DNA of 64,000 nt from Phoronis australis (lineage: Eukaryota; Animalia; Phoronida). A program made the translations under genes and the position numbers. Where the stretch lies: assembly GCA_002633005.1 (NCBI GenBank), contig NMRA01000271.1:203588-267587 (forward strand). The letters run 5' to 3'. The number at the start of each line of letters is the position of its first letter. Within the stretch, counting starts at the first letter, position 1. The notes beneath the pieces were generated by a model. That model did no database searches. It worked only from the letters and a program-made list of their open reading frames with translations, and was not told the DNA's origin. Below, one piece after another: positions 1 through 13,143 of this stretch.

Positions 1-1049
1 CCGCTGAAAAGGTCCAACCCCAGCCGATCCGTTAAAGATAGATGGACAACACCACAGGGTAACAAGGAAGCTTTGAAGTATATGTCTGTAGCTAGCTATG
101 GAATATAGTAGCGAGAGTTCTCCCAATGTAGTGTGGTGTGAATGCTTTAAAGTTGACCTTGAAACAAAACATCACTCAGTGCTATTTTGGCATACTATTT
201 GCATAGTACGGTAATGTGCAGGCATTCAAATTTCGATTTGAAAGTGATCGTCAAACATTTTGTTCATCCAATGTCCACTTTTATTGTGGATTGGCGGATT
301 GACATGCCTGCGTGTACACGTGTGGAGTGTGCGTTTCCATTCAGTACACGCTGACGGTTATAAGTTCATTAGAGGCAGTCTTTGTCGTTCCACAAACCCG
401 GCAGACTACCGTGTTTTGTTGCACTGAGAAAACTCCGACGAGCTTGTTCACATTATTAGGGAAAGTAGGCCAAGACCTGATAAAAATTTAGGTCTTATAG
501 CTGAGAAAATCTTGTCAATCAGTCAGTATCAGTGGTGCACAGCCCCGCAGACTTCATACGAGCACTGAACAAACTTGATGAAAAAGATTTCCAAGGTTAC
601 GTGTGCCGAAGGTTCACTACCCCGATCCGTAACGAAATTACCTTCTTCCAAACTTAACTGCAGACTTATTCACTTCCCTCTGAAAAGGAATTTCCACAAA
701 AAATCACCCAATTCGTGGTTTTTGAAAGAAGTACGAAAAAAGGTGGGTGAGGTTGAGGCGCAGTGTCCCTAAACTTTCGAGTCACGCTGTGAAATGACGC
801 GATCTTGACATGGATTTGATGAATGTATCGTGGTTGAGAATTCATCAATATTCCTACTTCACATTCTTTTATAGTGCAAGTACGTACTCATCATATGCGG
901 GTAATTTTGCATGCGCATGAAATCAAAACAAAGTGTTTTAATACCTGGGCGTTGTTTTCGGCGTACACCACTCAGTGCATCTATACCCGAAGTATCGTTT
1001 ATTTTTGTATGTAAAAGCTTAAAAATTACACCTGAGACCGAAGGCATTT

Positions 1050-1169
1050 TCGGAGTACTGAACCTTCGGTGTAGTGAGCCTTCAGAGTAGTGAAACTTCG
1101 AAGTAGTAAACCTTTGGAATAGTGAACCTCCGCCGGAACAGTGAACCTTCGAAAGAGTGGGCTGATCCC
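1050..1169. repeat. 16-bp degenerate tandem array, probably a DNA-transposon subterminal repeat
   Basis: About 6 units of TCGGARTAGTGAACCT ending in GTGGGCTGATCCC; an inverted unit CCGAAGGTTCACTACCCCGA is at 606-625. Confidence 0.65.
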
Positions 1170-4100
1170 ATTTACAGCGATGTAAGTAGCTTAAGTAACA
1201 CGCAAAACTACCAGCCAAATAAAAAAAATCGTGTCATTCATTTAAGCACGCCTGATTTGTTTGACAGGAGGTACCGCGAAAACGTTTTCTTTCTGGACCA
1301 CATTACATGCGAGTCCTGATCTTTGCGAGCAACCGTCACGGCATCCTCATTTCTGGTATGACTCCCCGTCTCATCTCAGGAACACAGAGCTGATGGTCAT
1401 CGCCCTTCCCTTCAAATAAAGTTGCATCAAGGGCTTTATATTACCGAAAACTCTACGATGTCTACGTTTGCAAAATATCCAAGGTCTGCCGTTCTAGAAA
1501 TTCGAAAAAGCGCGCAATGTTGGCTATGGGCCTGCATTTATTCCGGGTAATACTGGTGCTTGGCATTTGAACCAAGTTAGCGGGCCCTAGATGGCGTCCA
1601 CAACCACCATTGCTTCCGCTTGTCTGGTGAGTACCCGGTATGGGATATGTTTTGAAGTGTCGGTCCCATTCTGGTGCGGTGGTCCCATTTGATCCGGTAG
1701 TTCCTGTTTGTGATGAGTCGGTCCGATTTGGAGGACCGGAGGTTATGTTGTTTCTTACCCGTGGGTAAAAGATGACAAAGTGTCCAGACAAGTGTGATTG
1801 GTTACTGGCACTTGGTCCACGTCCGTCCCCTGATAACCTCTGATATATTATAGTTGATTCTTGGAGTGAATGATGCCTGCATTAAGAAATAGGGATAGTG
1901 TAAACATTTTAAAATTTCCACGGAGCTGATCGATTAGACCTAAGACCTCGGGCATTTCAGGCCTTTCACTCCCGCTTTAGGTAAAGACCTGGACAACGCG
2001 CAAATAATGTCGACTCTGTTTCTAGACCTGGCGACATCTCGTTTCAGGAGCAACGACTTGTTCCAGGACAATTCGTAGTGTGGACGGCACTAAATGTGCA
2101 TGTACCTATTACTGATATTAGGAGAATGGGGATCCAATGCGTACTAAGGTTTTTCGGGGCCTCAAGCTATAAAAAATCTGATTGCTCTAGTTACCGAAAA
2201 TTCCCAACTTTCGCCACAACTTTACGCAGATTTGCCGGGACGTAGGCGTGGGAAATTTTTATCTCCCCGTTGCATCACAGCTACGGTCATCACTGACAGT
2301 ATTAGCGCCATCGACACCGAGACCATATATTTCCCCGCCTTCCGTCATGGACTTCCACCAATAGGCCACCATCACCTGGGCCCATGAAGCCAACAGATGT
2401 GACACGGACGGACATCAAGAAAATACAATAGTCCAAGAAAGAATACTGACAGGTGATTTTGAACCTCGCCTAATAGATGCATAGATGAAATTGTAAGTTG
2501 TGTCAAAAAGTCTCGCGAAGATCTTGCACGGTGCGAGGTTCAGTGCACGGAGTAGGCGCCTTTGTTGTGGGAGAAACTTTGAAACTAAACGAAAATCATT
2601 TGTTATGAAAAGAAATTACAAATCTTCACGAACAAACCGTAAAAATACCTGTGGAGCAGGTTGAATTCTGTTTCAGTGGCAGAGAATCATTTTCAATATT
2701 GCAATTTAATCTGTTTAACGCGTTCCAGGCCTCTTTAACTGATGAATAATTTTGAAACAACTTCATTCCCGTGTGGGTACTTACCTGAGTGGCTATTATG
2801 CCATGTGTCGTTTGGAACACCGGCCGAGACTGAGAGAATTAGATTTTCCAGCCGAGACAATTAAAATGTTGAAGGGGCCATTTTTGATACCGCACCCTTT
2901 TCTACGTCATTGCTTACGGACGTCACGAGATAGTAATGTGTTTTACTGAAAATCTCGTCTGTCATTCTATCAAAAATGTCCACTGAATAGTCGGACGTCA
3001 TGGACTTGCGTAACTATAGGCCACAAATTCGTGTTAACACTCGTTGGCAGCCGCAAAACAAATCCACTACCAAACTGCGGTTCCATGAATAACTTGGTTA
3101 AAAAATAAGAGCAGACATGAAGATTGTCTCTTTACAAGCCTAATTACACCCTGTCAGTAAAAGAGTCTTTGATCTCAGCTAGTATGTAATGGACTATTTC
3201 TGTGGTGAAAATTACCCGGCATTCTGGAAACGGTCACGTAACGACTCTGCGACCCATGACCACTAGGTCTATTCATAAAAGACTTTCTGGTGAAAGTTCG
3301 CGATGAGAGAAGCGTCAGTCTGGCCGGAGGAAGTTGTAGTGTACGGACTATGCTACGGAAACTCTGGGTAAAGATGAAGGATTACGATGAGGTTTGTTGA
3401 GGCGCGGCCATTGCACCCGGCCGGGCCATAGACCTGCAGGTCTTCGAATATGTAAAGTGTGGGATTAAAAGCTATGCAGTTGTTGACGTCATCTTTATGA
3501 ATCAGCAACCAATATTGGTTACTAGCTCCAGAGAACAGCATCTTTGTGGCATAATAGGAAAAAGTGAATTTTTACCACCAGGAAGTCGAACCAGGAACCT
3601 CTCTCGTGTGATGCGGTGGCAACCCCCGGCACTATGGTGACAGTACGGAAAGTATATGCTGCGTATTGTTTTTGTCATATTTAAAGTAAAACACGCACAT
3701 TTGTGACCAGAGAATAAAAAGCACCTGGAACTGTCAAAGTTGCTACAAATCAAAATCACGCATTTTAAAGAAATCAAATTAGGTGATAAATTAGCTGTAA
3801 CAAAAGAAAATTACAGTGGGGACATGATAAATTATAGTGAGGACATGATTTCGTTGCAAATTTCACTAGTACCTTGATACCTGTTCTCGCCACGATATGG
3901 TATAGGTTTGATGTGGTGGTGATGTATCGCTATTATAGTCTCAGGTTTTGATAAATGTCCAATAACGGCTTTACACTGAGGGAATCGTTTCAAGGTATTT
4001 TGATCAATTTCATACAACGACTAATATTTATTGTATTGTTTTCGGGGTTTTGCAGTCAGCACAGAAGATCAGTCGTATTGGTGTCGTCTGTTATCTAGTT

Positions 4101-4959
4101 TAAAATCTCTGCATTCAATAGTTAGATAGCCTCGTATTCGTGTTTACTTTCAAGTTTCACAAAAGGAGTATCGTTCCGATCTCTGAGGCGATGCTCAGCT
4201 GAATAGACGCGTGAGCATCACTATTGCATAACTGGTGCAGTTTGCGCGACACTTCGGTACTAAAGATCTCACAAGCGACACTGACGTTCGGGTTGTACAA
4301 TGTTTCACAACGAGTTCACAGGTATTGTTGATATTTTTGCTTTGTGATAATACTCCTATTATCATTGAAATGCCAGCCATACGGAACTTGTACCGCGTGT
4401 GAGATAAGTAATTGTAAGATGAATTGATGCACACGGCAACTTGCGCTAGTGGCCTCGATCTTGGGTAACTTGTGCCAACTGAAATTAATGATCGCCGGTG
4501 CGCTACCGGAGATTTGAGTAAAAATATATTGAAAACTACCAAACCTAACGAAATCAAACTATGACCTCTGTCTTCGTATTCTTTGAAATTTTCATTGGTG
4601 ATTTGAGTCCGAAGCCGCGATAATTAGGTCAAGGTGTAATCGCGAACGTCACACGGGAAACCAGGGGCGGTAAATCTCCCTGTTTAGACAGAAGTGGGAA
4701 CGTTAACCCGCGTAGTATTAAAAACAAAACAAAACAAAACAGAGGGTTCCAGTCATGAAACCAGCGTGGTTTATTGGCCACATGCTAAAACACGACTGTT
4801 GACCAATCTAATTCGCATAAGTATGACTGAACACTGAAACTTGGGAAGATATTTGTAGTAGCTGATTTTTTGTCAGTTTTCTTTTTCTTCTTTACATTTC
4901 ACATTGGAAATTGAGTATTCCTAAGTGGTTCTCACTCATACCCTTGTACATGTATTCAT

Positions 4960-5106
4960 TCACTCACAAGTAGAATCCGAGCAGAGAAGTAGGAGACACT
5001 TTTGTGCAATCATAGACTGGTGCAACACTCGATTGTCTGCCAGTTAAGCCAGGATTAGAACCCGGCTTTCCCAAACGGGAGTCCGGAGCTCAAACCAATG
5101 AGACAC
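4960..5106 (-). mobile_element. tRNA-derived SINE fragment
   Basis: Minus strand GTGTCTCATTGGTTTGAGCTCCGGACTCCCGTTTGGGAAAGCCGGGTTCTAATCCTGG has A-box-like and B-box-like motifs at tRNA spacing but no complete cloverleaf; 3' limit approximate. Confidence 0.55.
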
Positions 5107-5342
5107 ATTAATTATAGTGATTGTTTCGTGCCATATTGTGTATTTAATCTTTTCAGCCATAAAGTTTGAGCCTCCTTCTGGTGGAAAATTACCTCACCCC
5201 CGCATTTCCCTGCTGCCCGTCTTATATTACATTACTTGGAATATTATGTATTCACCGCTATTTTAACGAACGCGCAACAAATTTCAGAAGTTCATAAAAA
5301 GAAATTTAAAATATTGCCTTAGTGAACATTAAAAGAAAGGTT

Positions 5343-5415
5343 TGTCACCACCCGGGCTCGAACCGGGGACCTCTCGCGTGTGAGGCGAGCGTGATAGCCA
5401 CTACACTATGATGAC
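5343..5415 (-). tRNA. tRNA-Val (anticodon CAC)
   Basis: 73 nt GTCATCATAGTGTAGTGGCTATCACGCTCGCCTCACACGCGAGAGGTCCCCGGTTCGAGCCCGGGTGGTGACA. It has a 7-bp acceptor stem, anticodon stem CTCGC/GCGAG around CT-CAC-AC, TTCGA T-loop, discriminator A, and a downstream TTTT Pol III terminator. Confidence 0.96.
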
Positions 5416-6246
5416 CTGTACTGTGAGGGAAATGGCTTATGTCTATCTGATGGCCTTCTGTGATTGACTATCTTTAATGTTGCTTCAAATATTTGTGTTG
5501 GATACATGCATTCACTAGCAACACCAGCATGAATGCCGGGGGGGGGGGGAGGGGGGGACTTCACTACGGGAACGTCTCAATAATTAATCAAAAACCCGAC
5601 CGTGGGTAGAAGGGCACTCGGTTACTGAAATGCAACTCTATAGAATCAGGCAAAGAAAATTTTCAATGGTGACATACCATGTACTAGTGTTTTACCAATA
5701 TTCTGTATAGCGTGTTATTATGTAGTTACCGGGATTTTCTGTAGATAAGCCCACCCGATGAAACACCCATGGGCGTTTCTTTGGAAAATTTTGCCGAGTA
5801 AACGCCTATGGGCGTTTATTTGGTGTTACAACTTTTGGTGTCAAGTGTCCAGATAGTGGGGCGTTTACTTGGAAATTTTCATCTTAAAAGTCCATTCAGC
5901 GTCAACTTATAGTCAAAAATCCGGTTTTGAGGAGCATTTATCATGATTATCAACCTCAAACTGCGTTTATATGAGGGCGGTCAGGCTGAGCTCGTGTGGA
6001 TGAGCGCCATGAGACAGTATGTCCTCCCTAATGTAAGCACGGATCAATCAACGTGGGTTGGCCTACTGATAAGCAAGGGGCATTTGGTCAAGTTAGTTCG
6101 AGATGAAACCCGTTGGTTTCAAAAAACGATCAGTTTTATTCGATGTCTAAATAATTCTCTACACAAGTATTTTTATCGATAACTAGCACCTCTGCTACTG
6201 TTTTCTTTTGTGGTATCCACCCACATCGATTTGAAATAAACGATTT

Positions 6247-6291
6247 ACTCACTTAGTCACTTACTTACTTACTTACTTACTTACTTGCTTG

Positions 6292-6323
<32 letters not shown>

Positions 6324-6332
6324 GTTAGTTAG

Positions 6333-6366
<34 letters not shown>

Positions 6367-6780
6367 GCTTGCTTACTTACTTACTTAGTTAGTTACTTAC
6401 TTACTTACTTACTTGCTTGCTTACTTACTAACTTACTTNCTCTACACAAGTATTTTTATCGATAACTAGCACCTCTGCTAACTGTTTTCTTTTGTGGTAT
6501 CCACCCACACCGATTTGAAATAAAGGCTTTACTCGCTTAGTCACTTACTTACTTGCTTGCTTGCTTGCTTACTTACTTACTTACTTGCTTACTTGCTTAC
6601 TTACTTACTTACTTAGTTACTTACTTACTTACTTACTTAGTTACTTACTTACTTACTTAGTTAGTTACTTACTTACTTAGTTACTTACTTACTTACTTAG
6701 TTACTTACTTACTTACTTACTTAGTTACTTACTTACTTAGTTACTTACTTACTTACTTAGTTACTTACTTACTTACTTAG

Positions 6781-6832
<52 letters not shown>
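6247..6832. repeat. (ACTT)n microsatellite with GCTT/AGTT variants, represented twice around an N
   Basis: Tetranucleotide arrays at ~6247-6438 and ~6530-6832, separated by N 6439 and a repeat of the ~100-bp left flank. Confidence 0.95.
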
Positions 6833-6833
<1 letters not shown>

Positions 6834-8744
6834 CTTCTGTTAAGTATTTAGAAGAAGCTCGCCCTAACCTTGTAACTATTAAAGAGAATGGAAAGTACCA
6901 CTGAGTATTGACAACGACTACCATGACAATAAAATTTAAAATAACTGTATGAAATGGATTAAAAAATATATATTTTAACAAAGCGTATTAAAAAAGGCTA
7001 AATTTGTGTGTAATATTTGTATAGACACAACTATTTTCAGATACGGCTCCTGTAAATATAAAATTTACATGAATGTGCTTGTTTAACCAGTCACCAAACA
7101 GGAACCAAAATCGAGTTTTTGACGAGATATGGAATACGTGTAAAATGTTCGTCAAAATTGTCATGAAAACGAACTGCGATTTCAACAAACATTCCCCATG
7201 ATAAGAGCTATTGACAACACCGATGGAGATAGGGCGCAATCACAGTGCAATGACATCGCGTTTACCCACTACCTTTTGTGACGGACTCTCGGGCAAGTAT
7301 AATTTACCGCCTATAACCCACGGCCAAATTCTATACGCAAAGGGATCATATTGTGTCGAAATGAAAGGTTCTCCCAAGGGAGTGTAGCACTGTCGTAATT
7401 AAAGGTTTGGCTGAGACTTTATGATTGTGTAGTCTACACTTATCCCAGAGGTAGCCTTGTAGCGGTCATTAGCTAGCGTGACAAGTATGGAGAATGATAG
7501 CTTGTACAAGAGCGTCAGTCTCGAAGACAGGGGGTTATAAAATGGAAATGAATGATGTTGAGACGATGTCTTGTGTAGAGTATCAGACATGAGTGTTATT
7601 AAACCGGTCCAGTTATATCTTTGGGAATTTTAAAGTTATTACTCAGCAATTAATGAGTGGTCCAGGGCGACTGTGGAAATTAAAAAAAAACGTTGACGCC
7701 CGCAGAGAAGTAAGTTACCCTAAAGAAGTGAAAAACTTGGGGTCACTGAATGGAAAAAGTCTAGGGTAGGTGAACTCCATTTCAAATGAAATAACTCCAT
7801 GTTAGGGAAATATCTTGCCAAAAATCCAACAATTAATTCTAATTTCAAGGAAATTCTACAATAGATTCCATCTGCGAGCACTGCTGCGATGGTTATCGTT
7901 TGTGCGCGTATTTAAACCCATGACCTGCAGCTACGTCTTTATATTAGGCGCATGCGCCTGAACGCGAGCCTATGCTATGAATGAAGGCAAAAGATTTTTA
8001 GTAATTTAAATATCCTCATTTTTGATCCATGGACGAATATTGCTCGCATAATACGCCTAAGCGTTCTGCACGCGACATTAGTTTACAACTTCATTCCACT
8101 AGCGTAGGTCCTAGCGTTACTGAACGCATGCCTGCATAACATTTCCTTCCAAACATTATATTATACGCTATTCAGTTCTGGTTCTATTAGTAATCGCACT
8201 GCGTGGCGCATCGCGTCCCTCTTTCATGCCGCTTCCGCGCATGCCCACCTCGCCCTCTCACCGACCTTTTCAGACCCATTTAAAATCTGTTTCGCAACAG
8301 ATAGTCATTGAACTGAGATGATGCTTGCTATTCCTATCAGTTGCATCAAACTTTACAAGTGGACGTAACACAACGTGATGTTAACAGAGTAATGTATAGT
8401 CTGAGCGCTGTCAAACCAAGCTGCGTAAACTGTTGAGCAAGGTTACGCTCTTTTGTCGCGGACAATGCGTGTTTTGGACGCTAGAGCAAGGTAAGCGCCT
8501 GTACAAAGGACGCCCACCTGCGCTTATAAGCGAAACTTGCGGAGCGCATTTGCCTGTATGCGAAACACTTATGTAAATTGTTCTTCTTTGGAAAGTCGCG
8601 TCATTTCGGATACAGGCGCATGGGCCTAAATACGCGTAGAAAATCACTTGCAAATTTTATATCGAGGTCCCTCTAGGACACTGAAATAGTATTTTGCTGC
8701 TCATGTGTCTGCATTTCATTTCACTTTTTGAAATTTAGGGACGG

Positions 8745-9240
8745 GTGAGTGAAGGTTGTATTTCTCCTACTCATGTGGCGATTCCCTACGTCCAGGGTCT
8801 TTCTGACCACCTCAACAGGACATTTAAACAGTTTGATATTTTTATCATCCACAAACCGTTTAATTCTCTCCGCGGCCAACTGGTTAATGTCAAGGACAAG
8901 ACCCCTAAGGGTAATAATTCATGTGTTGTCTATGGTGTTCAGTGTAAGGATCCCCAGTGCTCAGACAGTTACATATGTGAAATGAAACAGTCGTGGTCTT
9001 AGTTACGGGGACACTTATGATTCGGCTATTTTAGCCACCTGTACGCCACTAGACATGATTCCAATACTGATAATGTCACTATCCTAGACTGTGAGGAAGA
9101 CTGGTTCAAAAGAGGTGTAGAGGAAGCTCTCCATGAGCGCGTTGAGAGTCCCTCTTTAAATAAAAGAGGCAGTTCAACTTTTGATTTCTCACACGTATGG
9201 GATGGTGTTCTGACGTCAATGCCGCGCCGTCTGGTCAAAA
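8745..9240 (+). mobile_element. Penelope-like retroelement relic (end of RT thumb plus GIY-YIG endonuclease)
   Basis: IPYVQGLSDHLNRTF...VKDKTPK...VVYGVQCKDPQCSDSYICEMKQ, then after a break HLYATRH...NVTILDCEEDWFKRGVEEALHERVESPSLNKRG. These match the characteristic PLE GIY-YIG C-terminus; truncated and disrupted. Confidence 0.88.
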
Positions 9241-9431
9241 CGCCACCAATTGGCTAGAATAACGATAACGTCACTAGCCGTGAGATGCGGACGCAACGTC
9301 ACTAATTTTTTGTAAGTTTTTATTCCACTATTAGACTCAAAGTTTGTCTGTTTCTGAAAACCAACAACTAAGGTAGTTAGATGGACATTTCAAGCCCTGA
9401 ATGCCCCAAGTTAGTAAAAATATGTGGTATG

Positions 9432-9761
9432 CAGTGGCGGATTTATGGGAGGGGGGGCAAGGTGGCCATGGCCTCCCCTAAAATTCTCCCAGATACCATT
9501 TGGCAGTTCGGGGTGCGAAAATTGCTGATTAGCATATGCGCGCACCCAGGGGTCTTGGGGGCCGAATGCACAATGCATATGCTTTGAACAAACCCCGTTT
9601 ACCGTTTTTTTTTTAGTAATAAGGTCCACAGACCCAAAAGTTCGAAACCCCTGCATCCTTACATTTTGGCTGAGTGCGCGCATGTGGCGATATTTTGGTT
9701 ATTCTTGTGCCCTGCCCTGCCCNNNNNNNNCCCCCAACTCAAAATCCTGGATCCGTCCCTG
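9432..9761 (+). mobile_element. MITE with hAT-like CAG termini
   Basis: TIR CAGTGGCGGATTTA / CAGGGACGGATCCA; GTATG directly flanks both ends; inverted homologue at 56701-56944. Confidence 0.75.
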
Positions 9762-12273
9762 GTATGGAAATAGACCCCTGTACAATAAGTACACGTTAAT
9801 TTGGTACTGCATTCCCGTTTGTTTCATGGCTACGTTGTATATTTGGCAGAGGAAGCAATAGACTACGTTAGGCACGGACATTAATTCAATAGGAGACAAA
9901 GTGCAGAAATGTCGTACCTACGGCTACATACGTTGTCAAAGCCAGGTCTAGTATCCCGAGGTGTATGTAACATGTATACCGTGTTCAGTGCATTGTTATT
10001 GGACGTGCGGGAAATGCCGAGAATTCTTATTCTTAAGCTGGCCAGCTCCAGCCAATAAAAATCGTTTTATTGACAGTGGCATCACGTGTCCAGTAGATGG
10101 GCCTTCATCAATATTGAAGAAAACTTTCATGAAACGTGGCCGTGACAGACCAAGGGAATGTTGGTCTAAGGGTGATACTCTTGGGGAATGCATGCACTGC
10201 TCGACGGGACTAAATGGTGTGCACCTGGGGTCCATTTTACTAGTCTCCGTTTAGACTCCTGAGTGACGATATTCGAAGTGAAGCGGTTCCTTGACGAATA
10301 AAATTTGGAAATAACTGAGTTAACATATATGGGAACCAAGAAATCAGTGCTGAACTATTTCGCGCCAAGGTTGGACATTGTGTCTACACTGTAATTGAGC
10401 TAGTGAGACAGTGTGTCCTCCCTTGAAGCATTTCTGTATCCGCCCTTCAGGCACTACTATCAAGAATGGTTGATGACGACGCATGGAGCGACTCCTCGGA
10501 CTACTAGTTCCTAGATACTAGACACCTCCTTCGATCTATTAGAGCTCCTGGTTGGTCATAAAAATGAGGTAGGTGAGTAATTAAACAACTAAGTCTGACT
10601 TCCAAGGAAGGCTGCAGATTGGCCCCTTCGTTGATAACGTTTTTTTTGCTGTTAATTCCACGTCTGCTCATTCTCCGTGTTCGTAGTAAGTACGCATGAC
10701 TGATACAAATATTATCCTACATATTGTACACTTGTCGTTTTATACTACTTAAAGGATACTTAGAACAATTCATTCTGCACAGGATAATAAAAACTAACAA
10801 ACAAATGGTGTTTTATGTATTCTCTGTAGCTATGGGACTAGATAACTCACTTTCCATGTAAGGAAGTCAACGCAGCCAGGAACTTGCACGAAACCGACTT
10901 GAGAGGCGATCAGTTGAGAAGGTGAATGAACTTTAGGAAAAGTACATAGTTTTTTAATTGAATTTCACTTCTGCTTTTGCATAAGTCCGTAGTAGTCCTA
11001 GATATGGTATAGGCTGCAATTTATTTTGTGTCCGACATGCAACAAACGAAATTATTCAAATAGACGCGCCCTTTGGAATTGCTTTGTTACCACTACTTGG
11101 CGTCCACGCTCAACTCCTATGTACATCCACGATGCAAATTGTTGGCCGGGGGCACCATGTTGCTCGAGACTACGATTGCTATTAGTGCCCACAAGTGAAA
11201 TTGTATTTTGTCAAATTTCTTGATAAAAATAAAGTTTAAGAAAATTTTGGTCTGTTCCGAGTAGATGCCTCAAAACAACATTTGATAAAGTCTCCATTAC
11301 TAGCAACATGGTAATCAGTATTTAAAAAATGGAAAATGACAATTGTCGCAATAAATTATTTATTCACGAAGTAAGTCAGGAATAACGAATTACCGTAATT
11401 TTAACTCAGTCGTCTTGATCATCCGGTTTGTATTTCAAGCGACGAGCATGGCCTCAAGTACACAAAAAATTGTTCCCAAGTCAAGGAACCACTTCTAAAT
11501 CAAATTTATGATAGCGGCAGCTCAGCAAAATTGTTGCCAGCAATATGAATGATGACGTGAGCGACTCACTTGGTTTGTGTTGTTCTTTTACCATCACGGG
11601 CTGTGCGAATAGTGCGATACCACTAATTATCCAGAGGTTGTGTTACAACATCAAATAAACTATTTCAAAGAACAAGTTTTATTATATTTTATCAGTGTTG
11701 GTTACGTGAAATACAATGAACACAATTCACACAAGTAGTGAACCAATCAAAACACATTTATAATATAATTTTCAGTTTGGCACAAAAATAACGAAATGGC
11801 TGGCCGCCGCACGGAGAATGGGAACATAGCACGCCGACCATGGAGAATTAAAGGTACTTGTGTACCCAACAAACCCGTATGTCTCGTGTTTTAGATCTTT
11901 TTGCAACACATTTTAGTGAGGCTTGGAGTAAAAAATATTTGACCGATGACGAAGTGAAGTGCGACTGTTGTTATCCGACATGACTGTTGTCCAGTGATAT
12001 TACCAGACTAGGATGCTACATGGGCGGCACAGCACTGAAAAAGGTGGTGGTTATAGCCCCCTATGGTACGCCGCCCATGCGCTGTCAGTGGATGTTACTA
12101 GAATCAAAGAAAGGAGTTTGTCTTCCTTGCATGATTTGTAACTCCGGTCTGTAACACAACTGCAAAGAATCAATATTTGACTTTACTTAAGACACTGTCG
12201 ATATTCTCTCCGACAATTCTTTGCACAAGACCACAGCCTGAGATGGCACATTGAACAGGCCAATTGTGTTCCG

Positions 12274-12495
12274 GGGCCCGTTCCAAGAAAATGACTAAGC
12301 CAAGACAAACCTTAAGTTTCAGTCAAACTAAATTTGTCTCCAGTCCGTTTCAAGAAAGAGATCATAAATTTGACTTCAATTTTGTCTTAATTTTGAATAT
12401 CTTACCGGATGTGGAAGTTCCAAAGTTTGGAAGTTAAGACAAATCTTAAGACTTGAGACAAAAACTAACTTAATTCAGTTTCATGGAGCTGGGAC
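12274..12495. mobile_element. Degenerate Harbinger-like MITE
   Basis: Imperfect TIR GGGCCCGTTCCAAGAAA / TTTCATGGAGCTGGGAC with internal AAGACAAA.CTTAAG subrepeats. Confidence 0.5.
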
Positions 12496-13143
12496 TGAAC
12501 TGGAAAACGTCTACCGTGCGATAACAAACGCCACGTTGCACAAGCAAATCGGGTTCGTTTTCACAAAGAGCAGGGGACATTCTTGATGGTGTACCTACTC
12601 AGTATCGTCATTCTATTCTCAACATTGAAGTACAGTTTACCTGCAAACGTTCGCAAACAAAGATCTGTAACAACTAGAGGTCAGTTCGTGTTTTCCTCAA
12701 CATGCACTTACAGGTCCGTGGCGGCATTCAGCCTATCTATTTTATCTATTTTCACTGAGACAATTTAATTAAGTAAATAATTGTAAGTTTACTCCGAGCC
12801 TGCCGCAAAGCAGGTCAAATCTAGAGTTGCGTTTCGAGATTAGACTACGGGCCCAAAACTAACAGAGAATTAGCTGTGTTGCGAATGATCACCGTTCACA
12901 AAATCGCGACGTGAATCAAGGTAGTGTTGAAGTGTTTTTTGTTTGCTTTGTGTTTCGATATCACACAATCGCTACAACTAAGAAACTAAAGTAATGTAAC
13001 AATGGCCAACAGATTGCGCAAGCTTTCTCCCATTGGACATGCCATCGGATTCTCACCCGCTATCAGTGGCGTCAGTCGGTGAGCCCTGGGAACCAAGTTA
13101 GAAGCGTGCATAGCAAAATTTGCTGCCACTAGCTTCTAGGCAA

